A DNA stretch of 64,000 nt. Origin: Paraspadella gotoi. Lineage: Eukaryota; Animalia; Chaetognatha. The notes beneath the pieces are model-generated. The model searched no databases. It was not told the DNA's origin and saw only the letters and a program-made list of their open reading frames with translations. The stretch covers positions 2,070,113 to 2,134,112 of the forward strand of contig CM119263.1 in the NCBI GenBank assembly GCA_051294375.1, written 5' to 3'. This document shows, piece after piece, positions 21,355 through 44,322 of this stretch. The translations under genes and the position numbers were made by a program. Positions within the stretch are counted from its first letter, which is position 1. The number at the start of each line of letters is the position of its first letter.

Positions 21355-21894
21355 TAAAAGTCTGCCCGCTCTCACCTTCATTGCCCGATCGAATTGAGAA
21401 TGAATCGGGCAAGAGAAAGTTTGTGTCCGTAGGCGGCGATTGGTGATCTTGATTCTCGATCGATGGAGAGAGAAATTTTAATCGTTGGCTTCTCGGGTTC
21501 ACGCCGCCGCTTCACTCTTCACCACCCGCTCCTAACACTTTAACACTCTCACTCACATCTTTGCCTATATAAGTGCTTTCCACACTTTTCCCTCATGACT
21601 ATGCTATACTATGCTATGCTACCCTTCCACCGTTTTTCACATAATTCAACAATGTCTCAATCCCACGAGACAATCTTGAGCCCTCATCCATGCCCTAGAC
21701 CATAACACCATAATCTCTTTTGACACCGATCCGCCATCAATTAGTATTTTCTCCGAAAGGACGCATACCTCGTTTGCAATTGCAACCAATTCAGTGGCAG
21801 CAATCCTCAACTTTTTGAGTCCATACTCCACTTCCATCTTCATTATTGTTACTGCTGAGCATTAGAGCACGTTTGAAAATTCTAATAGTCAATT

Positions 21895-22328
21895 ATGAAC
21901 AAAGTACCACCAGTAAAAATTAATTTATAAAAAAAAAATAATTTTATGGTTTTTAATTTTTGCAGTAGGCTATATTTAGGTATAAGATCCTAAAATTTTA
22001 AAATGGGATTTTTTTCAATTTTTATGGCAGATTTGAATTCTTTGTCAAAAGTTGATAAAACAAAATATAAATAACTATTAAGAATTCTTTCATTAAGGTT
22101 TTAAAAAACTATATTCAATATTCAAAAATTTAATTTTCAGCTTATGATATAACTTTTCTGATTTTTGTCCACTGTCTTTTTATCAACTTTATATGATGAA
22201 TCTAAATCTGTAAAAATTTTGATATTCATAGGGTTAGTACTATAAATAGATATAGCTTACTGCGTATATAGAAAAAATTAGAAAAAAAATTGTTTTACAT
22301 TAACGTTCATTAGTACAATATTGTTCAT
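21895..22328. mobile_element. Degenerate foldback/palindromic MITE
   Basis: The arms are reverse complements over >150 bp: atgaacaa/ttgttcat, gcagtaggctatat/atatagcttactgc, aaagttgataaaa/ttttatcaacttt. Confidence 0.6.
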
Positions 22329-22827
22329 TTTTTTATTAATACCAAAAACTGTATTAACAAAATCAGTAACGAAATCAATACGCTAAATAAATAAAACTAA
22401 ACTAATATCAATGATATACATGTTCTTTATGCTGCCCAAATAAGCCCAAATATTGATAAAATTGCGCGTCATTAACCTCTAGCAGCCCTAAAACCTTAAA
22501 AGCCCGAATGTAGAACAAATTATTTACTATATTTTAGTAGAAAGGAGAAGTTCAACCTAAACAAAGATTATTATCAAATTCACTGAAAAAGAGAGAGAAT
22601 TTGAATTTCATTTCTTACATTTGAAACTAAAAACACATAAAACGATTAGAACAAACAAAAATTACCTTGTTCATTCCTCACTTTTAGAATTTTAATTTAA
22701 ATTAAATTTAGAATTTTTATTAGGCTTTACTCCGAAAATGTTATGCTAAAGAAGAATTTATGTTATTTAAGTATTTAAGTATTTAAAATTCTATCTCTCT
22801 TTTTTAAAATCTCCTCTCTCCTCGATC

Positions 22828-23633
22828 TACATTATGTCCCAATGGTACTGTTTGTTAACTTTTACATATTGTGCGGAACTGTGTTCTTAAACCTTATTTT
22901 TGTGATAACAATGTCCAATATAAGTTCTTACCATTTATGATACTATATTTTTAATTCAATTTTTATCAATTTTTCTTTTCAAAACATTCAATTAAAAGGA
23001 GTCCAAGTTTTTCACTTTTTTAATTTTTAAATTATGTTTTATATTTTAAAATGAATTGTATTAAAAATTGCATAGAAAAATATTTTAAATTGATATAAAT
23101 TATTTAAATTTTAATTTTGTATGAAATAAATGTATTCATAAAAATAAAAATGCATATATTTGAAAAAACCACTAATTAATAATAATATGCTAATTATTTT
23201 GATATATAAATTCTATTATTTCAAGCTTTGTGAGATTGAATCATAGAGCCAGAACAAAATGGTTGGTATTTATTCAATAAATTATTATTAAATCAATTAA
23301 AAAAGTAATATGAACAAGATAAGTAGATAATTTTAAAAAGAATGAATATTGCATTATATGAGGTCGTTTCTCACCGTCCTGCATCTAATTATTATAAAAA
23401 TTAATATTTAGATATTAAAAAATATATAATTTAATAAAAAATTCTGAAAATTTTTTTTTACCAATTACTTTATGTAATAACTACAGGTGTTTGCTTTGTT
23501 CAATTTTAAAAATTTATGTTTACTATGAAATGGTTCTTACTTGTGCCCTTATTCGTGATAATAATAAGTTGTTCGATCTAGTATAGGAGTAGTAAGTTTT
23601 TATTAACCGACAGTAGCATTGGGACACACTGTA
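22828..23633. mobile_element. Tc1/mariner-type MITE (~800 bp)
   Basis: TA-flanked ~30-bp TIRs: TA-cattatgtcccaatggtactgtttgttaa versus the reverse complement of the right end TA-cagtgtgtcccaatgctactgtcggttaa. The interior is AT-rich and non-coding. Confidence 0.7.
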
Positions 23634-23817
23634 GTTAGGGTCGAAAGAAATTATTCCCGGTCTGTCATCCAATTTGTTAAATCATTCGGAATTTTGTTAA
23701 ATCTTTCTTTTTTTTACGATAATTAGTTTTAATTCGAGTATTCTTTCTTTTAAACAAGAACCGACAGAAATTGATACATGATTCTACTTTTTCTCTCTTC
23801 TCAGTATCTGTCTGTCC

Positions 23818-23920
<103 letters not shown>

Positions 23921-24189
23921 CTCATTCTCATATTTTCCTCTTCCTCAAACACGGACACACACAATTTCGAACACACAAACGAGCTCCGAAGAACACACAC
24001 ACACATTGAACGACACTCACACACAAAAGGCTCGGACTTTTTCCCTCGTCGAGAGATTCCACGAATCCACGTGGTTCTTAACCGATTCGTTTCCCGCCCG
24101 CCAAAAAAAAAAGAAGAAAAAGAAAAGAATCCCGACCTTCCGTTCCACGGAGAGGCGAAGGCCAGCACTCCCCCCCTTCTCGTCGCGAA

Positions 24190-24236
24190 GTCACGTGACT
24201 GTGATCGGGAAGAATCATGTGATAAAATCACGTGAT
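24190..24236. promoter_or_regulatory. Cluster of palindromic E-boxes (USF/MiT-TFE type)
   Basis: GTCACGTGAC at 24190-24199 and ATCACGTGAT at 24227-24236, with TCATGTGA between them, in a CpG-rich island. Confidence 0.45.
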
Positions 24237-24313
24237 CGTGAGCAGCGTTAGTCGCGCGTCCTTTCGAAATCAACGCCGAAAATGGGAGGAAGGGATAGAA
24301 CTAGAAGTAGCAC

Positions 24314-24415
<102 letters not shown>

Positions 24416-25794
24416 TTCTTGTCGCGCAGGCGGGGGAGGGTCAGAAATCGAGAGAGCGATCAAAAGAGAAGAGAAAGAATAAGTAACAACGGGAAAAAAA
24501 AGTTGGGTCAGTAATACTTTCTCTCCTTATATTTTCCGTTCTCTCTTTTATATTTCAAATGATTTATCTTTTTCTTTCTGTAGAACCCGTTTATTGGAGG
24601 ATTATGACGATCCGCGATCTCTGATTGGCTGATTTCAATCGCCGACTCGACGCGTCCCACCTGCGCTGCGGTGGCGGCGGCGGCGACGGCGGCGGGCCCC
24701 TCAGAAGGGAGAGGTGGGATTGAATTGGAAAAGATGCGTTTTGGCAGAGAGCGGCCGGCAGAAGGTGAGGAGTTGGTTGAAGAGTGAGTTCGGGAGTCAA
24801 ACCGAAGGGATCCAAGATGTTGGAATCTCGGGAAAGGTCGGGAAATAATAAGTTTATGATATGAGGATGTATTGTTTTTTTTTAGATAAGGAATTGTGTA
24901 AGTATGAAACATTAAAAGATTAGAAGTTCCGAAATCTCATACCATGACATAATTTATACTTCATGACACAATTCGTTATATCAACTGTGAGACTACGAAA
25001 TGATCCACGAAGCTTCAGCTATTCTTAGTTTTGCCTTGTGAATTATAAAACTATAAAACACAAAATAATTAATTAACAAGCTTTTAATCTTGATTTTAGA
25101 AACGATTTTATTTTTCTTATCTGTGAAAGATATGTAATAGGAATTTACATGTAATTTTTTTTTTGACTCACTATTATTTTTCTCATTATTTAATTCTTTA
25201 ATTCGATTATTATTTTACGTAGAATTTCTACACATGATTAAATAATTAATTAATTAATTTTGTTTTCGTCGAATGCAGTTTAATGTGAGACAATATTTTT
25301 AAAGGGAATCGACCTCTCTCTTATTTGAATTTTGGAAACAAGGTTTTTTTTTCTCTCTCTCTCTCTCTCTATCCGGTTTTATTTCTAAATCCTTTGCTGG
25401 ATTTTTTGCACAAAAGAACATCGAAGCGAAATCGAGCGAATTCAGCGTCGAAAAAAAGAATTCGAGCAGAAAAAAAAGTAATTGTCGCTTAGTATAATTG
25501 ATCATCAGCAAGAAGATTGATAGTTTAGTTATAATTAATGATCTAAATTGTTTAATGGTTTAAAATATTTTCAAAAATTCCCACATGACTCATTAATAGT
25601 TTTAATATTATATAGCCTAACAGTCATACAGACGATAGTATTAGTAACTATGAGATAGTCTACTTAAATCATTACTGGTATAAGCCGAGTTTCGTATACG
25701 AAATTGAAGCAGTATAAAATTATCTACTCATTCAATAAAAAGAGTATCTTACTCCTGAGATAAGACCTGTAAGTTAGGATATTATTCGTCGTAG

Positions 25795-30311
<4,517 letters not shown>

Positions 30312-31211
30312 GGAAGAGGAGGAAGAAAGACTGAAACGTAAAGAATAAAGAAATAGGAGAAAAGTGATGAAGACTACATCAGAAGCAGCTGCTACTTCGC
30401 GAAGCAATGGAGTCGCTGCAAATCATTTAGCGTCGATAAGCTTCTAGAACCGTCAGATATTTAGTACTAATTAGCAACAGCTGCATGGTTCGTGATGCTT
30501 TTTTTAATATTTGTTAATATAATTTTCGAGAATGTGCTAAGTAAATAAGTAATGATTGATTTACGTGACTCGTATTCTTCAATACACTACAGCTAATAAC
30601 ATATGTATTAGTAGAATTATGCTATTATCAAATATTCATTCTTGAATTATCTAAACAGAAGAAATTCGACTTTTTTAGAATTATTATGTAATAATTGAAT
30701 TGTTCAATATAAATTTAATAATTTAATATTTTCGTCTTCTACAAAGGCTCTTTTAAGCTTTGAGATAACTTGTTTCGCTTTTAAGTTAACCGTCTGCAGC
30801 AGCATAACGCACGTATTTTGTTTTCCAATGATGAACCTGACGGGACTTTGCGAAAATTAACGTCAACAAAACAACAGCGCGTATTTTTGTATATTTTAGC
30901 AATTTGTACCATTTTAGCAATTATTACTGCATAGAATTACCTGAATGTAGATAAAAAAAATTTATTTACTTTGACTTGATTGATTATTTAGACATTAAAA
31001 GAAACTGTACAATGTTTACATGAAAAGTGATTTAATTAAAAAAAAATATACATGGTTTTTATGACATAATGACGGTATTTACAGGCGAATTGACAACGGC
31101 CCATATCACAAAAATAGATGTAAGATGTAAGGGAGACAGTTTACAATTTATTTTCTACCCTCTGGACACACATTTCTAACACTAAACCCTCCCCCGCCCC
31201 AACCCCCATTC

Positions 31212-33846
31212 TCAAACATGTTTCGCGAAATGTGGCGCCCCTTTCGGCGGCGCCGGATTGTTCGTCTTCTTCCCGCTTTCGGCGTCGATGAGCGGCGTCA
31301 CGGCTCGATTGGCGCTCATTTGCGGTGCCACGACCTTCGCCACGTAGACGGCGCCGGCAACGCCTCCGCCGACGACGACGCAAGCACCGAGAACGGCGCC
31401 GACGATGACGCCGACGTTGGGACCGGGTTCCGGTTCCGGCTCTTTCGTCGGTGCCGGCTCCCGGATGTAATCGACGTTGGAGGCGTCCTTGTCGACGATG
31501 ACGTCGCTGAATTCGTGACCGGAATTGACGAGCGATTCCAAGTAGAACATCTGAGTTCCTTGGGTGTAGCTTCTTTCTTCCGGGTCCCAGTCTTGGGGAA
31601 GTTCGATGTAGAAGCTGCGGGGGGAAAGGAGAGAAAAGGAAAAAACTAAATTTCTTTTCTTTTCTTTTCTTTTCTTTTCTTTTCTTTTCTTTTCTTTTCT
31701 TTTCTTTTCTTTTCTTTTCTTTTCTTTTCTTTTCTTTTCTTTTCTTTTCTTTTCCTCTCCTTTCCCTCATTCTTTCTTTCTCCTCTTTCTACCATCCCTC
31801 CATCCTTCATCCCCTTTCTTACTTTATAAAGGGTCGAGTGACGCCGTTCGCCGTGTGAGTCCCCAAATTGAACTTTGTGTACGAGGCGTTGATGAGCATG
31901 TAGTAGGTCTCAAACTCGTTCTGGATCGGGCGGGCTTCTAACTGCATGCCGGGATTCCGGAGATTGAGAACGATGGTGGCGTTGATGGCGATGATGCGTC
32001 GTGTTTGGCAAGGAGTTGCCTCGCGGGTCTGAAGGCGGAAAGATAATTGTATTTAAAGATCAATTTTAGTTTTTAACTTTTTTAACGCTAAGAATATAAT
32101 TTTGAAATTGAGTATGTGGCGGGCATTGCCCAGGCTCACGGCGCATAGAAATATCAACCCCGTAGAGACCTGGTGGCTCATTGAGCAAAGCCTTCAGCTA
32201 GGAACCACTAGGAACCCGGTTCAATCCTAACCCTTATTCTTTGAAGACCGTGAGGATATCCCTCAAGCCTCGTTCCAAGCCCAGGACCCGTTTCATGGCA
32301 GCTAGAGGGTAGTTGAGGAAGTCTTCAGCCCACTTAGCGCCTTATTCAAAAGTTGTTTTTTTTCTATTTCGACTGTTAAAATTCGCCTGATACTATTGCA
32401 ATCATTGCAAAAAATAGATAGAAGGATCCCCTGTCCTTTCCCCACCCTTCAACACTCCCCACCTCACTCACATCCTATGCTACCACCCCACCCCACCTCC
32501 ATCACCTCTCTGAGGGTCTCGGTTCCCTCGATCTTAATCCCCATCTGATCCACGCACCAACACAACCCGTACGACGCCGTCTGGCATTGCATCGGCATGT
32601 AGTGCTTGTCTACGCCGCAATCGGGCGTCGTGGAGACGGAGATGGAGGCGGCGGTCTTGACGAGGGCGTCCGCGCGAAGGCGACGACACTTGGAGACAAA
32701 GTCGAAGCAGCCGTGGTAAGGGAGGCCGTCCTGGTCGAGATAGCTGGCCTGGCAGACGGGCGTTGAGGTCATGTTCCAGGCGCTGGTGCAGGTGGGCTCC
32801 TCTCCGTACAAGAGGCAGGGAGTCTCCACGCACTTGTTGCAAACGCCGAGGGTGGTTGGGGGCTCGGTGGTTGTAGGAGGATCTGTTGTGGCTGCCATTG
32901 TGGATGCCGCCATAGTACTTGCGACTGAATCAGTTGCGGCAACACTAGCACTTGAAGCATCAGATCCAGCAACATTAGTTGTTCCTGCTGCTGTTGTGGC
33001 ATCTGTACCAGCTGCATTAGTTGATTCAGCAACAGTAGTGACACTTGCAGCTGTTGTAGCGCCAGTATTAGAAGATCCAGCAGCGGTTGTGGCACTGCTA
33101 TCAGTTGTAGCGTCATTGGTAGCTCCTGTGATTGTAGTAGCACTGCTGTCTGTCGTAGCACCTGTGTTTGCAGCATTGGTTGCTCCTGCAACTGTCGTGG
33201 CACTGCTATCTGTTGTCGCACCTGTGTTTGCAGCATTGGTTGCTCCTGCAACTGTCGTGGCACTGCTGTCTGTTGTAGCACCTGTGTTTGCAGCATTGGT
33301 TGCTCCTGCAACTGTAGTGGCACTGCTATCTGTTGTAGCACCTGTGTTTGCAGCATTAGTTGCTCCTGCAACTGTTGTGGCACTGCTATCTGTTGTAGCA
33401 CCTGTGTTTGCAGCATTGGTTGCTCCAGCTACTGTTGTGGCACTGCTGTCTGTTGTAGCACCTGTGTTTGCTGCATTGGTTGCTCCTGCAACTGTTGTGG
33501 CAATGCTGTCTGTTGTAGCACTGCTGTCTGTTGTAGCACCTGTGTTTGCAGCATTGGTTGCTCCTGCAACAGTTGTGGCACTGCTATCTGTGGTAGCTCC
33601 AGTATTTGCAGCATTTGTTGCCCCAGCAGTCGTGGCGCTAGCGACGGTGGTGACCTGAGTACCAGCGGCATTCGTTGTCCCAGCTGCGGCTGTCCCTGCC
33701 ACTGTTGTCCCTGCTGCGGTTGCCCCTGCTGCGGTTGTCCCTGCTGCGGTGGTGACAACGGTGGGCGCCTCCGTCGATAGCGAATTAACAACAACAACAG
33801 AGAATCCGAGCAAATATAAAGAAAGAATCCACGTCGACATTTCCAT
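31212..33846 (-). CDS. EpCAM/Trop2-like type I membrane glycoprotein with N-terminal mucin-like stalk and thyroglobulin type-1 domain, 649 aa, 3 exons
   Basis: Exons 33846-32506, 32028-31823 and 31614-31212, GT-AG, phases 0 and 2 consistent, 1950 nt. It has a signal peptide, Thr/Ala repeats, a 6-Cys domain and a TY domain (KC..PDC..QC..CWCVD..G..PC). A Cys-free ~110-aa domain, the TM VGVIVGAVLGACVVVGGGVAGAVYV and a short tail follow. AATAAA on - at 31147-31152. Confidence 0.85.
32125..32345 (+). mobile_element. tRNA-derived SINE, family B copy 2 (in intron 1 of the EpCAM-like gene, antisense)
   Basis: A box TGGCTCATTGAG at 32174-32185 and B box GGTTCAATCC at 32218-32227. Homologous to 28816-29075. 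Confidence 0.75.
33125..33623 (-). repeat. Coding 60-bp tandem repeat, 8 copies of GATNAANTGATTDSSATTVA
   Basis: Visible 60-nt periodicity; one copy has an extra 18-nt duplication. Confidence 0.95.
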
Positions 33847-34954
33847 TTTTCACTTTTTAGCTTTTATGTTCAGAGTTATTGTGAGGTTCGCGTGAAATCG
33901 TAATTCGTGATATGACGATTGTCACAAAATTTTCAGTTTTCTGCAACGAGTCTTTAGTTGCGAGTCTAAGGATTAATAAATATCTAAGGATTAATAAATA
34001 TCACAAACTGATTTCGTTTTTGATTTCACGAAATTGAGATTTCCATTTGTCCTAAGATGATTATGTTTATTAATTTTTATTTCTACGTCGTCAAGCAAGT
34101 CAGGGGTCTTTATTCAAAATGGAACTTTCGTTGTATAATGTATAGTAAAAGAAATTAAATGTATAATATCATTGTATTCAAACTTTCTTTTTTGTTGTTA
34201 GAGTAAAGTTTAGGAGAAAAAAAACTAAAATTGTAACTAAAATTTGTAACAACAAATGAATATCGGATATGTTTCGACTCTTTGTTTTGCGAGTCTTCAT
34301 CAGCATGCTGATTCATTTGTTGTCACAACGAAATTTTAGTTTTTTCTCCTAATCAATAATATCAATAAAAAAACGAAAACATCGGATATGAAAAATTGGA
34401 CGAGTTACAAACGTCAATTTCGCTTCCGGAAGACGGCGAACGACTCGACGAACGACTCGGCGATCGACTCGGCGAACGACTCGGCGCCGGCGCTCAAATT
34501 CTTAACCTCGTATTTAAGACCCCTGTCAACAACCTCGACAACGACAACAACAACGACAACAACCCCTGCGCTCGAACGTCTCCAAGTTTGTCCGAGTGTT
34601 TGACTTCGTCACTAGGATTGCAATCACGCCATCGTCGGGGACAACTTTTTCTTTAACATTGTCACGTTCGCCGCGAGATCGCTGGTTACCAAGTTGAGGC
34701 TCAGCGAAAGTGAAATTAGTCGTCGTCGTTGGATTCGATTCCATCCTTCATGGAATCCCAGCGAGAGAGAGAGAAGAGAGAGAGAGAGAAAGAGAGAGAG
34801 AGAGGAGAAGAGAGAGAGAGAGAGAGAAGAGAGAGAGAGAAAGGGGTTTACCTGCTGTGTACCCTTTGCCTTGACAGAGGGAGACAATGGAACCAAACGG
34901 ACTCAACATCGCATTACGACATTCGAGTTTCCCAGAGACGAAGGGTCCACGACA

Positions 34955-35270
34955 CCGACCGACCGACCGACCGACCGAACCGACGACCGACCGACGACGC
35001 GACCGACCGACCGACCGACCGACCGACCGACCGACCGACCCGACCGACCGACGGCCGACCGATCCGACCGACCGACGACCGCCGAGCCGACCGACGACGA
35101 CCGACCGACTAACAAAAAGAAAATAGGACAGCCCAAGTGAGAAAACCAGAACCAAGACGAACGACCGACCGAGCGACCGAACGACGACCGACCGACCGAC
35201 GCGATCCGACCCGACCGACCGACCGACGACCCACACCGACCGAGACCGCCGACCGCCGACCGACCGACGC
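34955..35270. repeat. Degenerate (CCGA)n microsatellite
   Basis: Directly visible; a similar tract lies at ~44695-44890. Confidence 0.9.
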
Positions 35271-35411
35271 GACGACGCTGACGATATATGAACGGATGAA
35301 GGAAAGTCTGAGAATTAAGAATTTGAAAATTGCAAGATAAAGTAAATTGGAATATTAGGAAAATTATTAAAAATTGATACAACCAATGTAAAATTAATTA
35401 ATAAAAAAATA

Positions 35412-35529
35412 CATTTAATAAATAAGCTATCTTGCCCATGACTTTGAACAGGTTCTGGTGGTTTAAGAACTCTATCACTCGATCAAGCTTTTAATCAAGA
35501 CTCTCACAGTCAAGTTTATTCACTCCCAG
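35412..35529 (+). repeat. Dispersed repeat family C copy 2
   Basis: Matches 29224-29362. Confidence 0.7.
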
Positions 35530-36218
35530 AGTAACTGGCTTAAAGTTATGTTATGTTATGTTATGTTTCAATTGTATAAAATTTAAAGATAGACACAAGA
35601 AGTAAAAATTTGGAAATGCAAGACATTGAGCGTTAGAAATGAGAAAATGCAAATTGATAATATAAATTATAAAGTTAGAAATAATAGTTTTGGAAATGAA
35701 GAAATGAGCAAAAATTATATTTGAAATAAGGAATTGCGGACAAGAAAATGAAAATTCGAGTTTGGATATCTAGAGCATTGTACATTAAATTAAAAACGAA
35801 AAATTTTTACACTAGTATATTTGAGCGAAAAGAATCAATGGCATTTTTCTTTTTTTTCTTTTTAAGTCAGTAAATTTTTTGTATTATCCTAATTACACAA
35901 TGTCTATCCTAAAATTGTAAAAAACTTTCATTATAAACCAGTTAAGTTTTCTTTCCTACGCTCAAATCCATTTCCTTTCCAGATAAAAAAAAATACTTTC
36001 TTACGAAAAATTATTTTTCCCCCTTTTCTTTCGCGGGCCTTATCATGCTCGACCGGGTGGGAGGGAGAGTTAGGGATGGAGAGAGAGTGAGGGAGGGAGG
36101 NNNNNNNNNNNNNNNNNNNNNNNNNNNNNNNNNNNNNNNNNNNNNNNNNNNNNNNNNNNNNNNNNNNNNNNNNNNNNNNNNNNNNNNNNNNNNNNNNNNN
36201 NNNNNNNNNNNNNNNNNN

Positions 36219-36252
<34 letters not shown>

Positions 36253-37482
36253 AAGTTACTTGAAAGACGGCTCGTTGGAGAATAGGATATATCCGGTGTC
36301 TTTTTTAATTCGTGTCTCTTTCCCCTATCAAAAATTACAGATTCGCTCGAATAAATCATCTCTCCTTTATTCTTTTTTTTTACGACGTGAGAAAGAATCA
36401 CATGCGATAAAAAAAGGAGAAAATCACAGAAAATTGAAAAGGTTTCCTTCTGGTGTCCATCATTTTTTTGACGGACCTTCTGGCCACAACTTTATCCAGC
36501 ATTTTTTGACTCAAATATTTTAAATTTCTTTTACCTTCTATAAATCAGAGCAAGCGTCGTACTTTTCTCTCTCTCTCTCTATTTCTCTCTTTTCGATTCG
36601 AATTTTTACTTTGGTTAAAACGTTTTTACTTTCGNNNNNNNNNNNNNNNNNNNNNNNNNNNNNNNNNNNNNNNNNNNNNNNNNNNNNNNNNNNNNNNNNN
36701 NNNNNNNNNNNNNNNNNNNNNNNNNNNNNNNNNNNNNNNNNNNNNNNNNNNNNNNNNNNNNNNNNNNNNNNNNNNNNNNNNNNNNNNNNNNNNNNNNNNN
36801 NNNNNNNNNNNNNNNNNNNNNNNNNNNNNNNNNNNNNNNNNNNNNNNNTTTTTTTTTTTTTTCAAACCGAAACAAAGAAACATTTTAAATTCATTTTTTG
36901 TTTATTTTTCATAAGTGTTTTTTTAATTTCTGACACTTCTGTCTCATACGTTCAAAATACATTTTAAAAACAATAGTCTAAATCTTTATCAAGTTTATCG
37001 TATGCATTGATAACAAAATTACATTTTATTTCGTAGACATTTCATAGACATTTCAAAAACGATATCCTTCATAAGCCTCATATAATTTTTAAGCTTAAAA
37101 GGTTTAAATCTAAACGTCTTCCAGCTTCCACTCATTCTGACGCGAAAGCGCCTCTTCTTTTTTTTTTCTTCCCCGAAGCGCCCTCTCTGTGAATTTTTTT
37201 TTCTTCACTCTTCACCCGACGAAGTGAATAATTGTGAATGACTTCGACCAAAGGACCTTTTTTTGTCTCCAAATTTATTTTATTGAATCTCGCAAATTTC
37301 CGAGTGGTGACATTTCTCTCGCAATATTCACTCGGCGGTCTCAGTCGGAACTGATAAACGATCGACGACCGGCGAGTTGACATCAACAGCGTCGTCGTTA
37401 GCATCGTTTTCATCGTCGTCATCATCGTCGTTAGCATTTTTTTTTATCGTCGTCGTCATCGTCGTAAACATCGTCGTCGAAA

Positions 37483-43956
<6,474 letters not shown>

Positions 43957-44151
43957 TGTCACCATCTCCTACAGACAGAATTTCATCTGATGTCTCCATC
44001 TCTTACAGACAGGAATTCATCTGATGTCACCATCTCTTACAGACAGAAATTCATCTGACGTCATCTGAACTCATCTGAATAACTACAGCTGAAATAATAC
44101 TCCTGGTCAACTTTGCATATTTAAAAAAAAAAAAAACTTAGTTGGACTGTA

Positions 44152-44178
44152 AATAAATTGTATTAATCGTTTAATAAA
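44152..44178. terminator. Polyadenylation signals between convergent genes
   Basis: AATAAA (+) at 44152-44157 and 44173-44178; ATTAAA (-) at 44170-44175. Confidence 0.5.
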
Positions 44179-44322
44179 ATATACAAAAATCACGCGTAAA
44201 AATATTAGCACAAATTCTTCCGCGGCCTCAGTTTTTCCAATTCGGCGCTTTTCTCTTCGTCGTCGTCGTCGTCTTTCGTCGTCGTCGTCGTCATCATCGT
44301 CGTGGTCACCTTCTTGGATTCC

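Noticed and set aside
21646-21843. 65-aa minus-strand ORF
   Set aside because: No recognisable motif or supporting splice structure; adjacent to a MITE.
32769-33797. Alternative-frame Gln-rich and antisense Val/Ala-rich ORFs
   Set aside because: Shadows of the 60-bp coding repeat; only the Thr/Ala frame has a signal peptide and continues into the TY domain.
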